NCBI GenBank assembly: GCA_965242865.1
Contig: CBDETK010000013.1
Span: 5,152,001-5,216,000, forward strand
Source: Candidatus Latescibacterota bacterium
GTDB taxonomy: Bacteria > Latescibacterota > UBA2968 > UBA8231
Length of the DNA stretch: 64,000 nucleotides
Direction of reading: 5' to 3'
Part shown: positions 55,517 to 64,000 of the stretch, piece by piece
Position numbering within the stretch: the stretch's first letter is position 1
Layout: each line of letters starts with the position of its first letter
Notes under the pieces: model-generated
What the model was told of the DNA's origin: nothing
Databases searched by the model: none
What the model saw: the letters and a program-made list of their open reading frames with translations, nothing else
Program-made: the position numbers and the translations under genes

Positions 55517-56299
55517 CTACGCCTGCCCCGAGGCCATGAGCTCTTGCAGGCGCAGCTTGAGTTGCCGACGGTCCAGCCCCCGCCAGAAAACCCCGCCAAC
55601 GGCCAGCGAAATGGTGCTATTCTCCTCGGAGACGACGATAATTACCGCGTCCGATTCCTGCGATAGCCCCAAGGCCGCCCGATGGCGGGTTCCCAGCCGC
55701 TGGTCTTCGACCTCTTCCGCCAGCGACAAGGTGCAGCGGGCCGCGACCAAGCGCTCGCCTTGGATGACGACGGCTCGGTCGTGCAGCGGGGTGCGCGGGC
55801 TGAAGATCGTGGCGAGCAAATCGCCCGACACCTCTGAATTTAGGGGCACCCCGGTATCAATGACCGGCCTGATTTGGACTTGGCGCACCAGCACGATGAG
55901 CGCCCCGTACCCCAACTCGGCCAAGCGTTCGACGCCGCTGACGACCTCGTCGATGACCCGCGACGGCTCGGCCTTGTACAACCAGCGGAACACCGGGGTC
56001 TGCCCCAAGGCTTGGAGGAGCCGGCGCAGTTCGGGCTGGAAGAGGATGACCAGCAGGATCAGCAGAATGGAGCGCACCTGTTCCAGAAGCCAAGACAGGG
56101 CGTTCATATTGAGCCAAGGCGCGGCCAAGGCCACGATCACCATGAGCAGGAGCCCGGCGACCATGTGGGCGGCGCGGGTTTCCTTGATTAGGGAGAGCAA
56201 GCGGTAAAAGATAAAGCCCACCAGCAGGATATCCGCCACAGAGGTCAGGGAGACGGGCAGAAAGCCAAAGAGGGTAAACAGGACCGGGTCTTTTAGCAC
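55517..56299 (-). CDS. cdaA: Diadenylate cyclase CdaA
   Basis: Three TM helices, FQPELRR, TPLHD, LGTRHRAALG, VVSEE motifs. Confidence 0.9.
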   Translation of the reverse strand: MLKDPVLFTLFGFLPVSLTSVADILLVGFIFYRLLSLIKETRAAHMVAGLLLMVIVALAAPWLNMNALSWLLEQVRSILLILLVILFQPELRRLLQALGQTPVFRWLYKAEPSRVIDEVVSGVERLAELGYGALIVLVRQVQIRPVIDTGVPLNSEVSGDLLATIFSPRTPLHDRAVVIQGERLVAARCTLSLAEEVEDQRLGTRHRAALGLSQESDAVIIVVSEENSTISLAVGGVFWRGLDRRQLKLRLQELMASGQA

Positions 56300-57126
56300 G
56301 GCACTTGGCCCCGCACGGCCTCGACAAAGCGGACCGCCCGCAGCGTCTCGGCCACGTCGTGGACGCGCAGGATGTGGACGCCCGCCCTAGCCGCTAATGC
56401 CGCGGCCGCTAAGCTACCTGCCAAGCTCTCAGCGGCTGACAGCCCGAGAGTCTTCCATATAAAGGATTTGCGCGAAGCCCCCACGAGCAACGGGCGCTCT
56501 AAGCGCGAGAAACGCTCTAGCATCCCCAGCAAGGCGAGGTTGCCCGCTGGCGACTTGCCAAATCCCAAGCCCGGATCCACGGCCACGCGCTCGACGCCTT
56601 GGGCTTGGGCGAAGCGCACGCGCTCTGCTAGAAAGGAATACACTGTCCCGGGTGCGTCGTCGCAGGGGGCCGACGCCGTGTTCCAGCCGTGCATCAGGAC
56701 CACCGGGGCTTTGGCCTGTGCGGCCACCGCGACCATGGCCGGATCGCAGCGCAGCGCACTAATGTCGTTGATGATGTCGGCCCCGGCCTCAAGGGCCTGC
56801 TGCGCGACTGGGGCTTTGACCGTGTCGACCGAGATGGGCACCTCGCTCTGGCGGCGAAGCTCCTCGACGACCGGGAGCACTCGGGCGCATTCCTCGGCCA
56901 CCGAGACGGCCTCGGCCACCCCGTACAGCGGCGGCCGGGACGATTCTCCGCCTATATCGACAATCGCCGCCCCTTCCTCCACCATCTCCAAGCCGCGCTC
57001 CACCGCGACCTTGGGGTCGCAGTAGCGACCTCCGTCGTAAAACGAATCGGGCGTCGCATTGAGGACGCCCATGATCTGCACTTGGTGGTTAAAGCAAAGG
57101 GGGCGACCCCTCAGCTCCCAGATCAC
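56293..57126 (-). CDS. folP: Dihydropteroate synthase
   Basis: MGVLNATPDSFYDGG, DIGGESSRP, DPGLGFGK, SRKS, LRVHDV motifs. Confidence 0.96.
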   Translation of the reverse strand: MIWELRGRPLCFNHQVQIMGVLNATPDSFYDGGRYCDPKVAVERGLEMVEEGAAIVDIGGESSRPPLYGVAEAVSVAEECARVLPVVEELRRQSEVPISVDTVKAPVAQQALEAGADIINDISALRCDPAMVAVAAQAKAPVVLMHGWNTASAPCDDAPGTVYSFLAERVRFAQAQGVERVAVDPGLGFGKSPAGNLALLGMLERFSRLERPLLVGASRKSFIWKTLGLSAAESLAGSLAAAALAARAGVHILRVHDVAETLRAVRFVEAVRGQVPC

Positions 57127-59060
57127 GCCTCGTCCTCGGCGCTCAAGGCGCGCACTGGTTCGCGGGCGAGCGGCTCGCCGGCCAAGACTTGGTCGATCTC
57201 GGCGTCGTCGAGGACCTCGTACGCGAGGAGGGCGCGGGCCAACGAGTGCAGCTTGTCCGCGCCCTCTCCGAGGATGCGCAGCGCGGTCTCCTCGGCCTCC
57301 ATCACCAGCTTGCGAATCTCGCGATCAACGGCTTGGGCCGTCTCTTCGCTCAGGTGGCGGCTGCGGGTAAATTCCTTGCCGAGAAAGACCTCGTCGTCGC
57401 TGCCGCCCAACGAGAGGGGGCCGAGCTCTTCGTTCATGCCCCAATCGCAAACCATGGAGCGGGCCAAGCGCGCCACTTGCTGGTAGTCGCCTTGGGCGCC
57501 GGTGGAGCGCTCGGCAAAAACCAACTTCTCGGCCGCGCAACCGCCCAGCGCCGTAGCCAGATGGGCCTTTAGCCGCGTCTCGGTCAGGGACCGCCGCTCG
57601 TCGGCTAAAAAGGAAACCATGCCCATGGCCTGCCCTCGCGGAATAATGGTGGCCTTGCCAATGGCCGGGCCGCCTTTGAGGCTCTTGGCGACCAAGGCGT
57701 GGCCGGCTTCGTGGTAGGCCGAAAGCCGCTGATCCTCCTCGGTCAGGACCATGCTGCGGCGCTCGGCCCCGAGCATCACCTTGTCTTTGGCCGCTTCAAA
57801 ATCGCCCATGTCAACGGTCTTGCGATCGCGCCGCGAGGCCAGCAAGGCCGCCTCGTTGACCAAGTTCTCCAAGTCGGCGCCGGAAAGCCCAGGCGTGCCC
57901 TGCGCCACCTTTTGCAAATCGACATCCGGGTCCAGCGGCACCTTGCGCACGTGGACCTTGAGGACGCCCTCTCGCCCCCGCACATCGGGCAGGTCAACCA
58001 CCACCCGGCGGTCGAAGCGGCCGGGCCGCAACAGCGCGGGATCGAGTACGTCCGGGCGATTGGTCGCGGCGATGAGAATGACGCCATCGTTGGACTCAAA
58101 TCCGTCCATTTCTACTAGGAGCTGGTTGAGGGTCTGCTCGCGCTCGTCGTGGCCGCCGCCAATGCCGGCCCCGCGGTGCCGACCTACCGCGTCGATCTCA
58201 TCGACGAAAATGAGGCACGGGGCATTGGCCTTGCCTTGTTCAAAAAGGTCGCGCACGCGCGAGGCGCCGACCCCGACGAACATCTCGACGAAGTCCGAGC
58301 CGCTGATCGAAAAGAAGGGCACGCCGGCTTCGCCAGCCACCGCCCGCGCCAAGTGCGTCTTGCCCGTGCCGGGCGGGCCGATCATTAAGACGCCCTTGGG
58401 AATTCGCCCGCCGAGCCGCTGAAACCGGTGTGGATCCTTGAGAAATTCAATGATCTCCTCCAGCTCCTTCTTGGCCTCGTCCGCCCCGGCCACATCGGCA
58501 AAGGTCGCCTTGTGCTTGTCTTCCAACAGGAGCTTGGCGCGGCTTTTGCCAAAGGAAAACAGCCCGCGCGCCCCGCCCTGCATCTGCCGCAACATGAATA
58601 CCCAGAAGGCGATAAACAGCAGCCACGGCAAAAAGCTGAAGAGGAAATTGTACCACCGGAAAGGTTCTTCCTCAAAGCGAAAATCAACCCCTTTTTCCTC
58701 CCACTCGCGCTTGGTCGCCCCGTCTATCGGCCCCAAGTTGACCACAAAGCGGGTTCGGTCGTGCAACACGCCTTCAAACTCGCGCTCCCCCACGATGACG
58801 GCCTCGGAGATGCGCTCCTCCTCCAAGTATTGGCGGTATTGCTTGTACGAGACGAGTTGCGGGTCGGAAGGTTTGCTGGCAAAGAACTTGGCGACGAAGA
58901 TCATCACTAACACAAAGAAGAGCCAGAACGCCTGAGTCCGCGAAGGGCGGCGCCAGCGCCGCGGCTTGTCGTCGCCATCGGCCTGCGGGCGCTCCGACCC
59001 GCGGTCCTCTACAAGGCGCTTGGGGCGTTCCTCTGGGGCCTGCTTTTTTCGTCCCTCCAT
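57123..59060 (-). CDS. ftsH: ATP-dependent zinc metalloprotease FtsH
   Basis: [29 protein letters not shown] motifs. Confidence 0.98.
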   Translation of the reverse strand: MEGRKKQAPEERPKRLVEDRGSERPQADGDDKPRRWRRPSRTQAFWLFFVLVMIFVAKFFASKPSDPQLVSYKQYRQYLEEERISEAVIVGEREFEGVLHDRTRFVVNLGPIDGATKREWEEKGVDFRFEEEPFRWYNFLFSFLPWLLFIAFWVFMLRQMQGGARGLFSFGKSRAKLLLEDKHKATFADVAGADEAKKELEEIIEFLKDPHRFQRLGGRIPKGVLMIGPPGTGKTHLARAVAGEAGVPFFSISGSDFVEMFVGVGASRVRDLFEQGKANAPCLIFVDEIDAVGRHRGAGIGGGHDEREQTLNQLLVEMDGFESNDGVILIAATNRPDVLDPALLRPGRFDRRVVVDLPDVRGREGVLKVHVRKVPLDPDVDLQKVAQGTPGLSGADLENLVNEAALLASRRDRKTVDMGDFEAAKDKVMLGAERRSMVLTEEDQRLSAYHEAGHALVAKSLKGGPAIGKATIIPRGQAMGMVSFLADERRSLTETRLKAHLATALGGCAAEKLVFAERSTGAQGDYQQVARLARSMVCDWGMNEELGPLSLGGSDDEVFLGKEFTRSRHLSEETAQAVDREIRKLVMEAEETALRILGEGADKLHSLARALLAYEVLDDAEIDQVLAGEPLAREPVRALSAEDEA

Positions 59061-59073
59061 AAGATGCTCTAGG

Positions 59074-60456
59074 TCAATCGCCGTCCCAATGCCTCAGCGT
59101 ACACAAGGCAATGCGGCGCGTAGTGGGTTTTATTCTGAAGGCATGACTAGAACGCAGCGGTGCGACCCAAGCTATTTCCTCTCCTCGGGCCAGTACGAGC
59201 ACTTCGTCGCGCGAGATTTTTGGCCACTTGGCGTCGATGAGAAAGTCGCTCAACTTCTTGTGACCTTCCATGCCCAGCGGCTGAAAGCGATCGCCGGCCC
59301 GCAGGCTGCGCACTTGCACCCGCGCACCGAGGCGGTCTGCGTCTAAAGCCACCTGTGCGCCTCCTAACTGGGCCTTGTCGAAGTGTTCCGGGGAAAAGAC
59401 TTGGACGCGGATTTTCACGCCGTGCTCTCTTAGCACGAGCGCACCGGGTATATCGAAGCCGCACGCGACCGACGGGCGTCGGCCGCGGCGCAGGATATAG
59501 CGCGTACCGCAACCCTGCCCTCGCAGCCCAGCACCCAATACCCGCAGGCGCTGGTCGCCGGCCCCAATCCAACCCCGCACTTGCTCAACGCGGGCAAAAT
59601 CAAAAGGGCTTTCGGCCACGGCGAGGCTCTGGAGCGCGGCGCGCAGTACGCGTCTTTGCATGGCTATATGATAAGCGAGAAGCCTAGTACTATCAAGGGC
59701 CACCTTGTCGTTGCAACGCTCACAACTCACTGTATCTAAAGCCTCTTGGGTTAGTTCGGCGAGCAAATCATCTTCGGCTTTGAGCAGCGCGGCCGTGCGA
59801 TTTAGAACCTCGGCGATGTTGGAATTATAGCTCCTGAGCAAGGGCATGAGTTCCCCGCGCACCCGATTGCGCAAAAAGCGCGGGTCGCGATTGGAAGGAT
59901 CCGCTCGGTAGCGCAAGCCCTGCTGCTGCGCGTACTGTTCGATCTCAGCGCGCCACACGCGCAGCAGCGGCCGCAGATAGCGGCCCGCGCGCACGATGTC
60001 CATCCCGCCTAAGCCGGTGGCCCCGCTGCCGCGCAACAAGCGCAAGATCACGGTCTCGGCTTGGTCGTCAGCGTGGTGCCCCAAGGCGATGAACTCGGCC
60101 CCGGTCCGGTCGGCGATTTGGTCGAGAAAGGCGTAGCGTTGCCGCCGCCCCGCTTCCTCCAACGACAGGCCCTCGCTTCGAGCGTATGCCCCCACATCGC
60201 GCCGCTCTACCGAGCAAGGCAGCCCGCGCCGCTGGGCCTCGCTGGCGACAAAGCGGCCATCGGCGGCCGAATCCGGCCTGAGCGCGTGGTCTAAGTGCGC
60301 CACGTGCAAGCGGTACTTTAGGCCATCCAAGACATCGAGCAGCGCACTCGAATCGACGCCGCCCGACGCGGCCACGACCAAGCTGGCCCCGCCCTCCACG
60401 CCCGCTTCCCGCAGCACTTGCCGCACCCTCGAAACGATGGATTCCATAGCAGTCAT
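59074..60456 (-). CDS. tilS: tRNA(Ile)-lysidine synthetase
   Basis: SGGVDS, HLDH.LR, HHADDQAET, RNRVR, KKLSDFLID motifs. Confidence 0.95.
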   Translation of the reverse strand: MTAMESIVSRVRQVLREAGVEGGASLVVAASGGVDSSALLDVLDGLKYRLHVAHLDHALRPDSAADGRFVASEAQRRGLPCSVERRDVGAYARSEGLSLEEAGRRQRYAFLDQIADRTGAEFIALGHHADDQAETVILRLLRGSGATGLGGMDIVRAGRYLRPLLRVWRAEIEQYAQQQGLRYRADPSNRDPRFLRNRVRGELMPLLRSYNSNIAEVLNRTAALLKAEDDLLAELTQEALDTVSCERCNDKVALDSTRLLAYHIAMQRRVLRAALQSLAVAESPFDFARVEQVRGWIGAGDQRLRVLGAGLRGQGCGTRYILRRGRRPSVACGFDIPGALVLREHGVKIRVQVFSPEHFDKAQLGGAQVALDADRLGARVQVRSLRAGDRFQPLGMEGHKKLSDFLIDAKWPKISRDEVLVLARGEEIAWVAPLRSSHAFRIKPTTRRIALCTLRHWDGD

Positions 60457-60528
60457 CCCCGGCGCGCAAAGCCAAAAAGGTACCCTGAGTGCGCCATGAG
60501 GAGGGCAAATTAGACGAAGAGGGGTCCC

Positions 60529-60565
60529 TTGACAAATGAACTAATGTGCAGTATATATAAGTTCA
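60529..60565 (+). promoter_or_regulatory. lexA promoter with candidate LexA box
   Basis: TTGACA-N17-TATATA; TGAAC-TAAT-GTGCA at 60537-60550 and a GTTCA half-site at 60561-65. Confidence 0.65.
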
Positions 60566-60608
60566 CGTCTATTCTCACCTTTTTTCCCTAGTTTATAGAG
60601 GTTCACTC

Positions 60609-61235
60609 ATGCCCAAGCCCCTAACCAATCGCCAACAAGCAATTTACGACTTCATCGCCGACGCCATTCGCTCTGGAGGCCCCCCCACAATCCGCGAGAT
60701 CATGGACGTCTTTGGCATCAACTCCACCAATGGCGTGCGTACGACCTTGGAAACTTTGGAGAAAAAAGGCTACATCCGCCGCCGGGCGCGCCGGTCCCGG
60801 GGCATCCAACTCGTCGATTGCGCCAAGCCCACCGCCCTTGCCACAGACCTGCGCGAAGTCCCCCTAATTGGCCGGGTCGCCGCGGGCACCCCCATCCTCG
60901 CCACCCAAAACATCGAAACCACGCTCAACGTCGATGCCTCGCTCGTGCCCGCTTCCGGCGAAGTCTTCGCGCTGCGCATCCACGGCGAGAGCATGTCCAA
61001 CGCCGGGATTCTCGATGGCGACATCGTCATTGCCCGCCAGCAAGACCGCGCCGAGCGCGGCGACATCGTCGTCGCGCTGCTCGGCGACGAAGCCACAGTC
61101 AAGCGCTATGCCCCCGCGCCCGACGGCATCCAGCTCCTGCCCGAAAACGAAGCGTTCGCCCCCATCGTCGTCCCGCCCGACGCCGACGGGTTCAGCATCG
61201 CCGGCAAAGTTGTGGGCCTTATGCGCCGCTTCTAG
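60609..61235 (+). CDS. lexA: LexA repressor
   Basis: PPTIREI HTH, GRVAAG cleavage site, GESM, EATVKR. Confidence 0.96.
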   Translation: MPKPLTNRQQAIYDFIADAIRSGGPPTIREIMDVFGINSTNGVRTTLETLEKKGYIRRRARRSRGIQLVDCAKPTALATDLREVPLIGRVAAGTPILATQNIETTLNVDASLVPASGEVFALRIHGESMSNAGILDGDIVIARQQDRAERGDIVVALLGDEATVKRYAPAPDGIQLLPENEAFAPIVVPPDADGFSIAGKVVGLMRRF

Positions 61236-61246
61236 GGGGTGCTTAG

Positions 61247-62575
61247 GTGGAGGCTGCTTTGCGGCGCGCCCACGCCCGCGCCATTTTTGACGCCGGGGTC
61301 GCGGCCGCCGATCCCGGCCGTTGCGTTCACCAAGCCCTCGCGGTCACCGGCGCTGAGTTGCGCTGCGGCCCGCTCCGCTTCCCGCTCAACACCATTTCCA
61401 GCCTGCGCCTAGTGGGCGCCGGCAAGGCCACCCCGGCCATGGCCACGGCCGCTGAAGCGATTCTCGGCGACCGCATTGACTGCGGGGCTATCAACGCCCC
61501 ATCCGGCTCTGCGCGACCGTTGGCGCGGGTCGAAACTTTTGCCGCTGGGCATCCGGTCCCAGACGAAGCCGGCGTAGCCGGTGCGCGCCGCCAACTCGCG
61601 CTGCTAGCTGGCTTGCCGCCCGACGCGCTGGTCCTCGGCCTCTTCTCTGGCGGCGGCTCGGCCCTGCTGCCCGCTCCGGCCGAGGGCCTAACCCTCGCAG
61701 AAAAGCAAGAAACCACCCGCCTCCTGCTCGCCTGCGGCGCGCCGATCGACGAAATCAACGCCCTGCGCAAACACCTCTCGGCCATCAAGGGCGGGTTGCT
61801 CGCCCGCGCAGCCGCGCCAGCCCGCGTCATCGCCCTCTTCCTCTCAGACGTCATCGGCGACCCCCTCGACACCATCGCCTCCGGCCCCACCCATCCAGAC
61901 GCCACGACGTTTGGCGATTGTCTGGCCATCGTCGATCGCTACGACCTGCGCCACCAGCTCCCCGCCTCAGTCCGCCAGCACCTCGAAGCCGGCGTCCGCG
62001 GTGAGCGACCGGAAACCCCCAAGCCTGGGGCCCCTTGCTTTGCCCGCGCCGAGAGCTTGGTCATTGGCAACAACCGCTTGGCCCTAGACGCGGCCGCGCA
62101 CCGAGCCCGGGCATTTGGCTACGAGGTGCTCGTCCTCACCAGCCGCTTACAGGGCGAGGCGCGCCAAGCCGCGGCCGCCTTGGTCGCCATCGCCCAAGAA
62201 ACGGCGGAAACCAACCGCCCCATCGCTCGGCCCGCCTGCCTCATCGCCGGCGGAGAGACGACCGTCACCCTGCGCGGCAACGGCAAGGGTGGGCGCAACC
62301 AAGAATTGGCCTTAGCCGCGGCCCTGCAGCTCAGCGGTTGGTCCGCCATTACCCTGCTCTCCGGCGGCACCGACGGCACCGACGGCCCCACCGATGCGGC
62401 TGGGGCCCTAGCCGACGGCCAGACCTTGAGCCGCGCCCAAGCCCAAGGGCTCGACGCCCGCGCCTTTCTCGATCGCCACGATTCCTATTCCTTCTTTGCG
62501 GCGTTGGACGACCTCGTCATCACGGGTCCTACCGGGACCAACGTCATGGATCTGCAAATCATTCTCATCGCCTGA
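61247..62575 (+). CDS. Glycerate 2-kinase (MOFRL/TtuD family)
   Basis: GAGKA, SGGGSAL, IKGG.LA, GGETTV, GGRNQE, GPTGTNVMD motifs. Confidence 0.92.
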   Translation: MEAALRRAHARAIFDAGVAAADPGRCVHQALAVTGAELRCGPLRFPLNTISSLRLVGAGKATPAMATAAEAILGDRIDCGAINAPSGSARPLARVETFAAGHPVPDEAGVAGARRQLALLAGLPPDALVLGLFSGGGSALLPAPAEGLTLAEKQETTRLLLACGAPIDEINALRKHLSAIKGGLLARAAAPARVIALFLSDVIGDPLDTIASGPTHPDATTFGDCLAIVDRYDLRHQLPASVRQHLEAGVRGERPETPKPGAPCFARAESLVIGNNRLALDAAAHRARAFGYEVLVLTSRLQGEARQAAAALVAIAQETAETNRPIARPACLIAGGETTVTLRGNGKGGRNQELALAAALQLSGWSAITLLSGGTDGTDGPTDAAGALADGQTLSRAQAQGLDARAFLDRHDSYSFFAALDDLVITGPTGTNVMDLQIILIA

Positions 62576-62579
62576 ACAT

Positions 62580-62608
62580 TTGACACTCGGCCCCCCTTCC
62601 GCTAGCTT
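62580..62608 (+). promoter_or_regulatory. Sigma70-type promoter, near-leaderless
   Basis: TTGACA-N17-TAGCTT with 8 nt before the ATG at 62617 and no SD. Confidence 0.6.
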
Positions 62609-62616
62609 TTTACACC

Positions 62617-63543
62617 ATGAGCAAGAGCCTTCTTCCGCTTGCACTCGCCCTGTTGCTGACCGGGGCGGCCCACGCGGCCTCGCGCTACGCCGGCGAGTTC
62701 CTCGGCTTGGGCGCGGGCGCTCGCGCTGCGGCCTTGGGCAGTGCTTATGTGGCTCTAGCAGACGACGCTACGGCCGGCTATTGGAATGCGGCCGGCCTAT
62801 CCGCCCTCCGCGACCGCCAAGTTCACCTGACCCATGCCGAGCACTTCTCCGGCCTCGTCCAGCGCGATTTTGTCGCCATCGCCCGGCCGGGTCGCCTGTT
62901 GCACGGCATGGCCCTGAGCTTGGTTCGCCTGGGCCTTGACGGCATTCACTTTACCGAACTGCCGGACCCGCAGCAGCCCCCCAGCACCGACAACCGCCCG
63001 CTCATTGCCTCGACCGAGCAAAGCGCCGATTACGCCCTGTATCTGTCGGGCAGTCGCCGGCTCGGGGCGCGTCTATCGCTCGGGCTCAGCGCCAAGGCCA
63101 TTTACCGCCACGTCGCCTCCATCAACGCCTACGGCTTCGGCCTCGACCTCGGGGCACGCTACCAGTTGAGCCACCAGATCGCGCTAGCGGCTAACGTGCG
63201 CGACGCGGTCACCACGCCCATCGTCTGGAATACGGACCGCACGGACCGCATCCGGCCCTCGCTGCTGCTGGGCGTCGCGTACGCCGTCCCCGTGGCCGGG
63301 GGCCAGACCACCGCCCTCCTATCCACCCGCTCCGGCGGCGATACAGCGGCCGCCGACGTCCCGCTCAACGCCGGCCTAGAATACCGCCACCCTTACATCG
63401 CCCTGCGGGCCGGGCTGGAGGAAGGCCGCCCGTCCTTTGGGCTGGGGCTTACTCCCCACCGCAACCTCGACCTCGACTTCGCCTACTTGCAGCACGATGC
63501 GCTCGAAGCAACCTACCAGTTGTCGGCCGGCTTCCGCTTCTGA
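62617..63543 (+). CDS. PorV/PorQ (UPF0164)-like outer-membrane beta-barrel
   Basis: Signal peptide; FLGLGAGARAAALGSAYVALADDATAGYWNAAGL motif; C-terminal aromatic ...SAGFRF. Confidence 0.8.
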   Translation: MSKSLLPLALALLLTGAAHAASRYAGEFLGLGAGARAAALGSAYVALADDATAGYWNAAGLSALRDRQVHLTHAEHFSGLVQRDFVAIARPGRLLHGMALSLVRLGLDGIHFTELPDPQQPPSTDNRPLIASTEQSADYALYLSGSRRLGARLSLGLSAKAIYRHVASINAYGFGLDLGARYQLSHQIALAANVRDAVTTPIVWNTDRTDRIRPSLLLGVAYAVPVAGGQTTALLSTRSGGDTAAADVPLNAGLEYRHPYIALRAGLEEGRPSFGLGLTPHRNLDLDFAYLQHDALEATYQLSAGFRF

Positions 63544-64000
63544 GCAACCCCGCGTCGGCTACGTAGCCCTAACCGGCCGCCCCAACGCGGGCAAATCCAC
63601 CCTCTTCAACGCCTTCTTGGGGCAGCGACTCTCCATCGTCACCGCCAAACCGCAGACCACTCGCAGCCGCATCCTCGGCATTCTCACCCGCCCCCAGAGC
63701 CAGATAATTTTTTTGGATACGCCGGGCCTGCTCAACGCCTCCTACAAGCTGCACGAGACCATGCTGCACCAGATCGACCAAGCCGCCCGCCAAGCCGACC
63801 TAGTCTTGCTGCTGTTCGACGCGACTCGCCCCAAGGACCGCAGCGCATTGGTGCAGCACTTCCTAGCGCACACCCGCGCCCCCGTTTTGGCCGCGCTCAA
63901 CAAAATTGACCTAGTCCAACCCACCCAGCTAGACGCCTTGCAAAAAAGTCTGGCGGACGAGTTCGGCATCGCAAGCCCGATCCCGGTTTCCGCGCGGCGC
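63497..64000 (+). CDS. era: GTPase Era, 3' end outside window
   Basis: Manual translation GYVALTGRPNAGKSTL...SIVTAKPQTTR...FLDTPG...NKID. The start is uncertain; the nearest in-frame ATG at 63497 overlaps the upstream gene. Confidence 0.9.
   Translation, partial: MRSKQPTSCRPASASEQPRVGYVALTGRPNAGKSTLFNAFLGQRLSIVTAKPQTTRSRILGILTRPQSQIIFLDTPGLLNASYKLHETMLHQIDQAARQADLVLLLFDATRPKDRSALVQHFLAHTRAPVLAALNKIDLVQPTQLDALQKSLADEFGIASPIPVSARR

Noticed and set aside
55517-60456. c-di-AMP cyclase next to folP-ftsH-tilS as a novelty
   Set aside because: This is a widely conserved housekeeping neighbourhood.
1-64000. tRNA, rRNA, riboswitch, prophage, retron or DGR
   Set aside because: No recognisable RNA-gene motifs, integrase, reverse transcriptase or phage structural genes. 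Intergenic regions are short. An Infernal/tRNAscan run would be needed to exclude small RNAs.

Overview
GC-rich (roughly 63-65%, by eye) bacterial chromosomal segment. A PorU/C25-like gene, a PorV-like gene, MacB-type permeases and type 2 IleRS suggest an FCB-group lineage such as Latescibacterota or Gemmatimonadota; this is inference only. Most of the window is housekeeping: rpmB; ispB-apbE-secDF-yggS-yggT-ileS-dksA-lspA-rluD; ddl; htpG-proA; tilS-ftsH-folP-cdaA; argR-argB-argD-argH; lexA-glycerate kinase; porV-like-era. Catabolic enzymes are interspersed. An accessory zone at about 40.1-48.2 kb holds a RelE/HigA-type TA pair, IS630 and IS5 remnants, a Nif3-like gene, a VOC gene and a 1320-aa type IIG restriction-modification gene. 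The strongest unexplained signals are: (1) window-wide loss of CCWGG with enrichment of its C-to-T products (CCAAG, CTTGG, CCTAG, CTAGG); (2) a PorU-like C25 protein with Ser at the catalytic Cys position; (3) nested REP-like direct repeats bracketing the RM cassette; (4) two tandem uncharacterised enolase-superfamily paralogs coupled to the arg operon; (5) a complete sigma54 enhancer/IHF/-24-12 promoter ahead of an ABC efflux operon; (6) an 11/7-residue tandem-repeat coiled-coil membrane protein. No CRISPR array, rRNA or tRNA was recognised. All calls come from motif recognition by eye; no searches were run.
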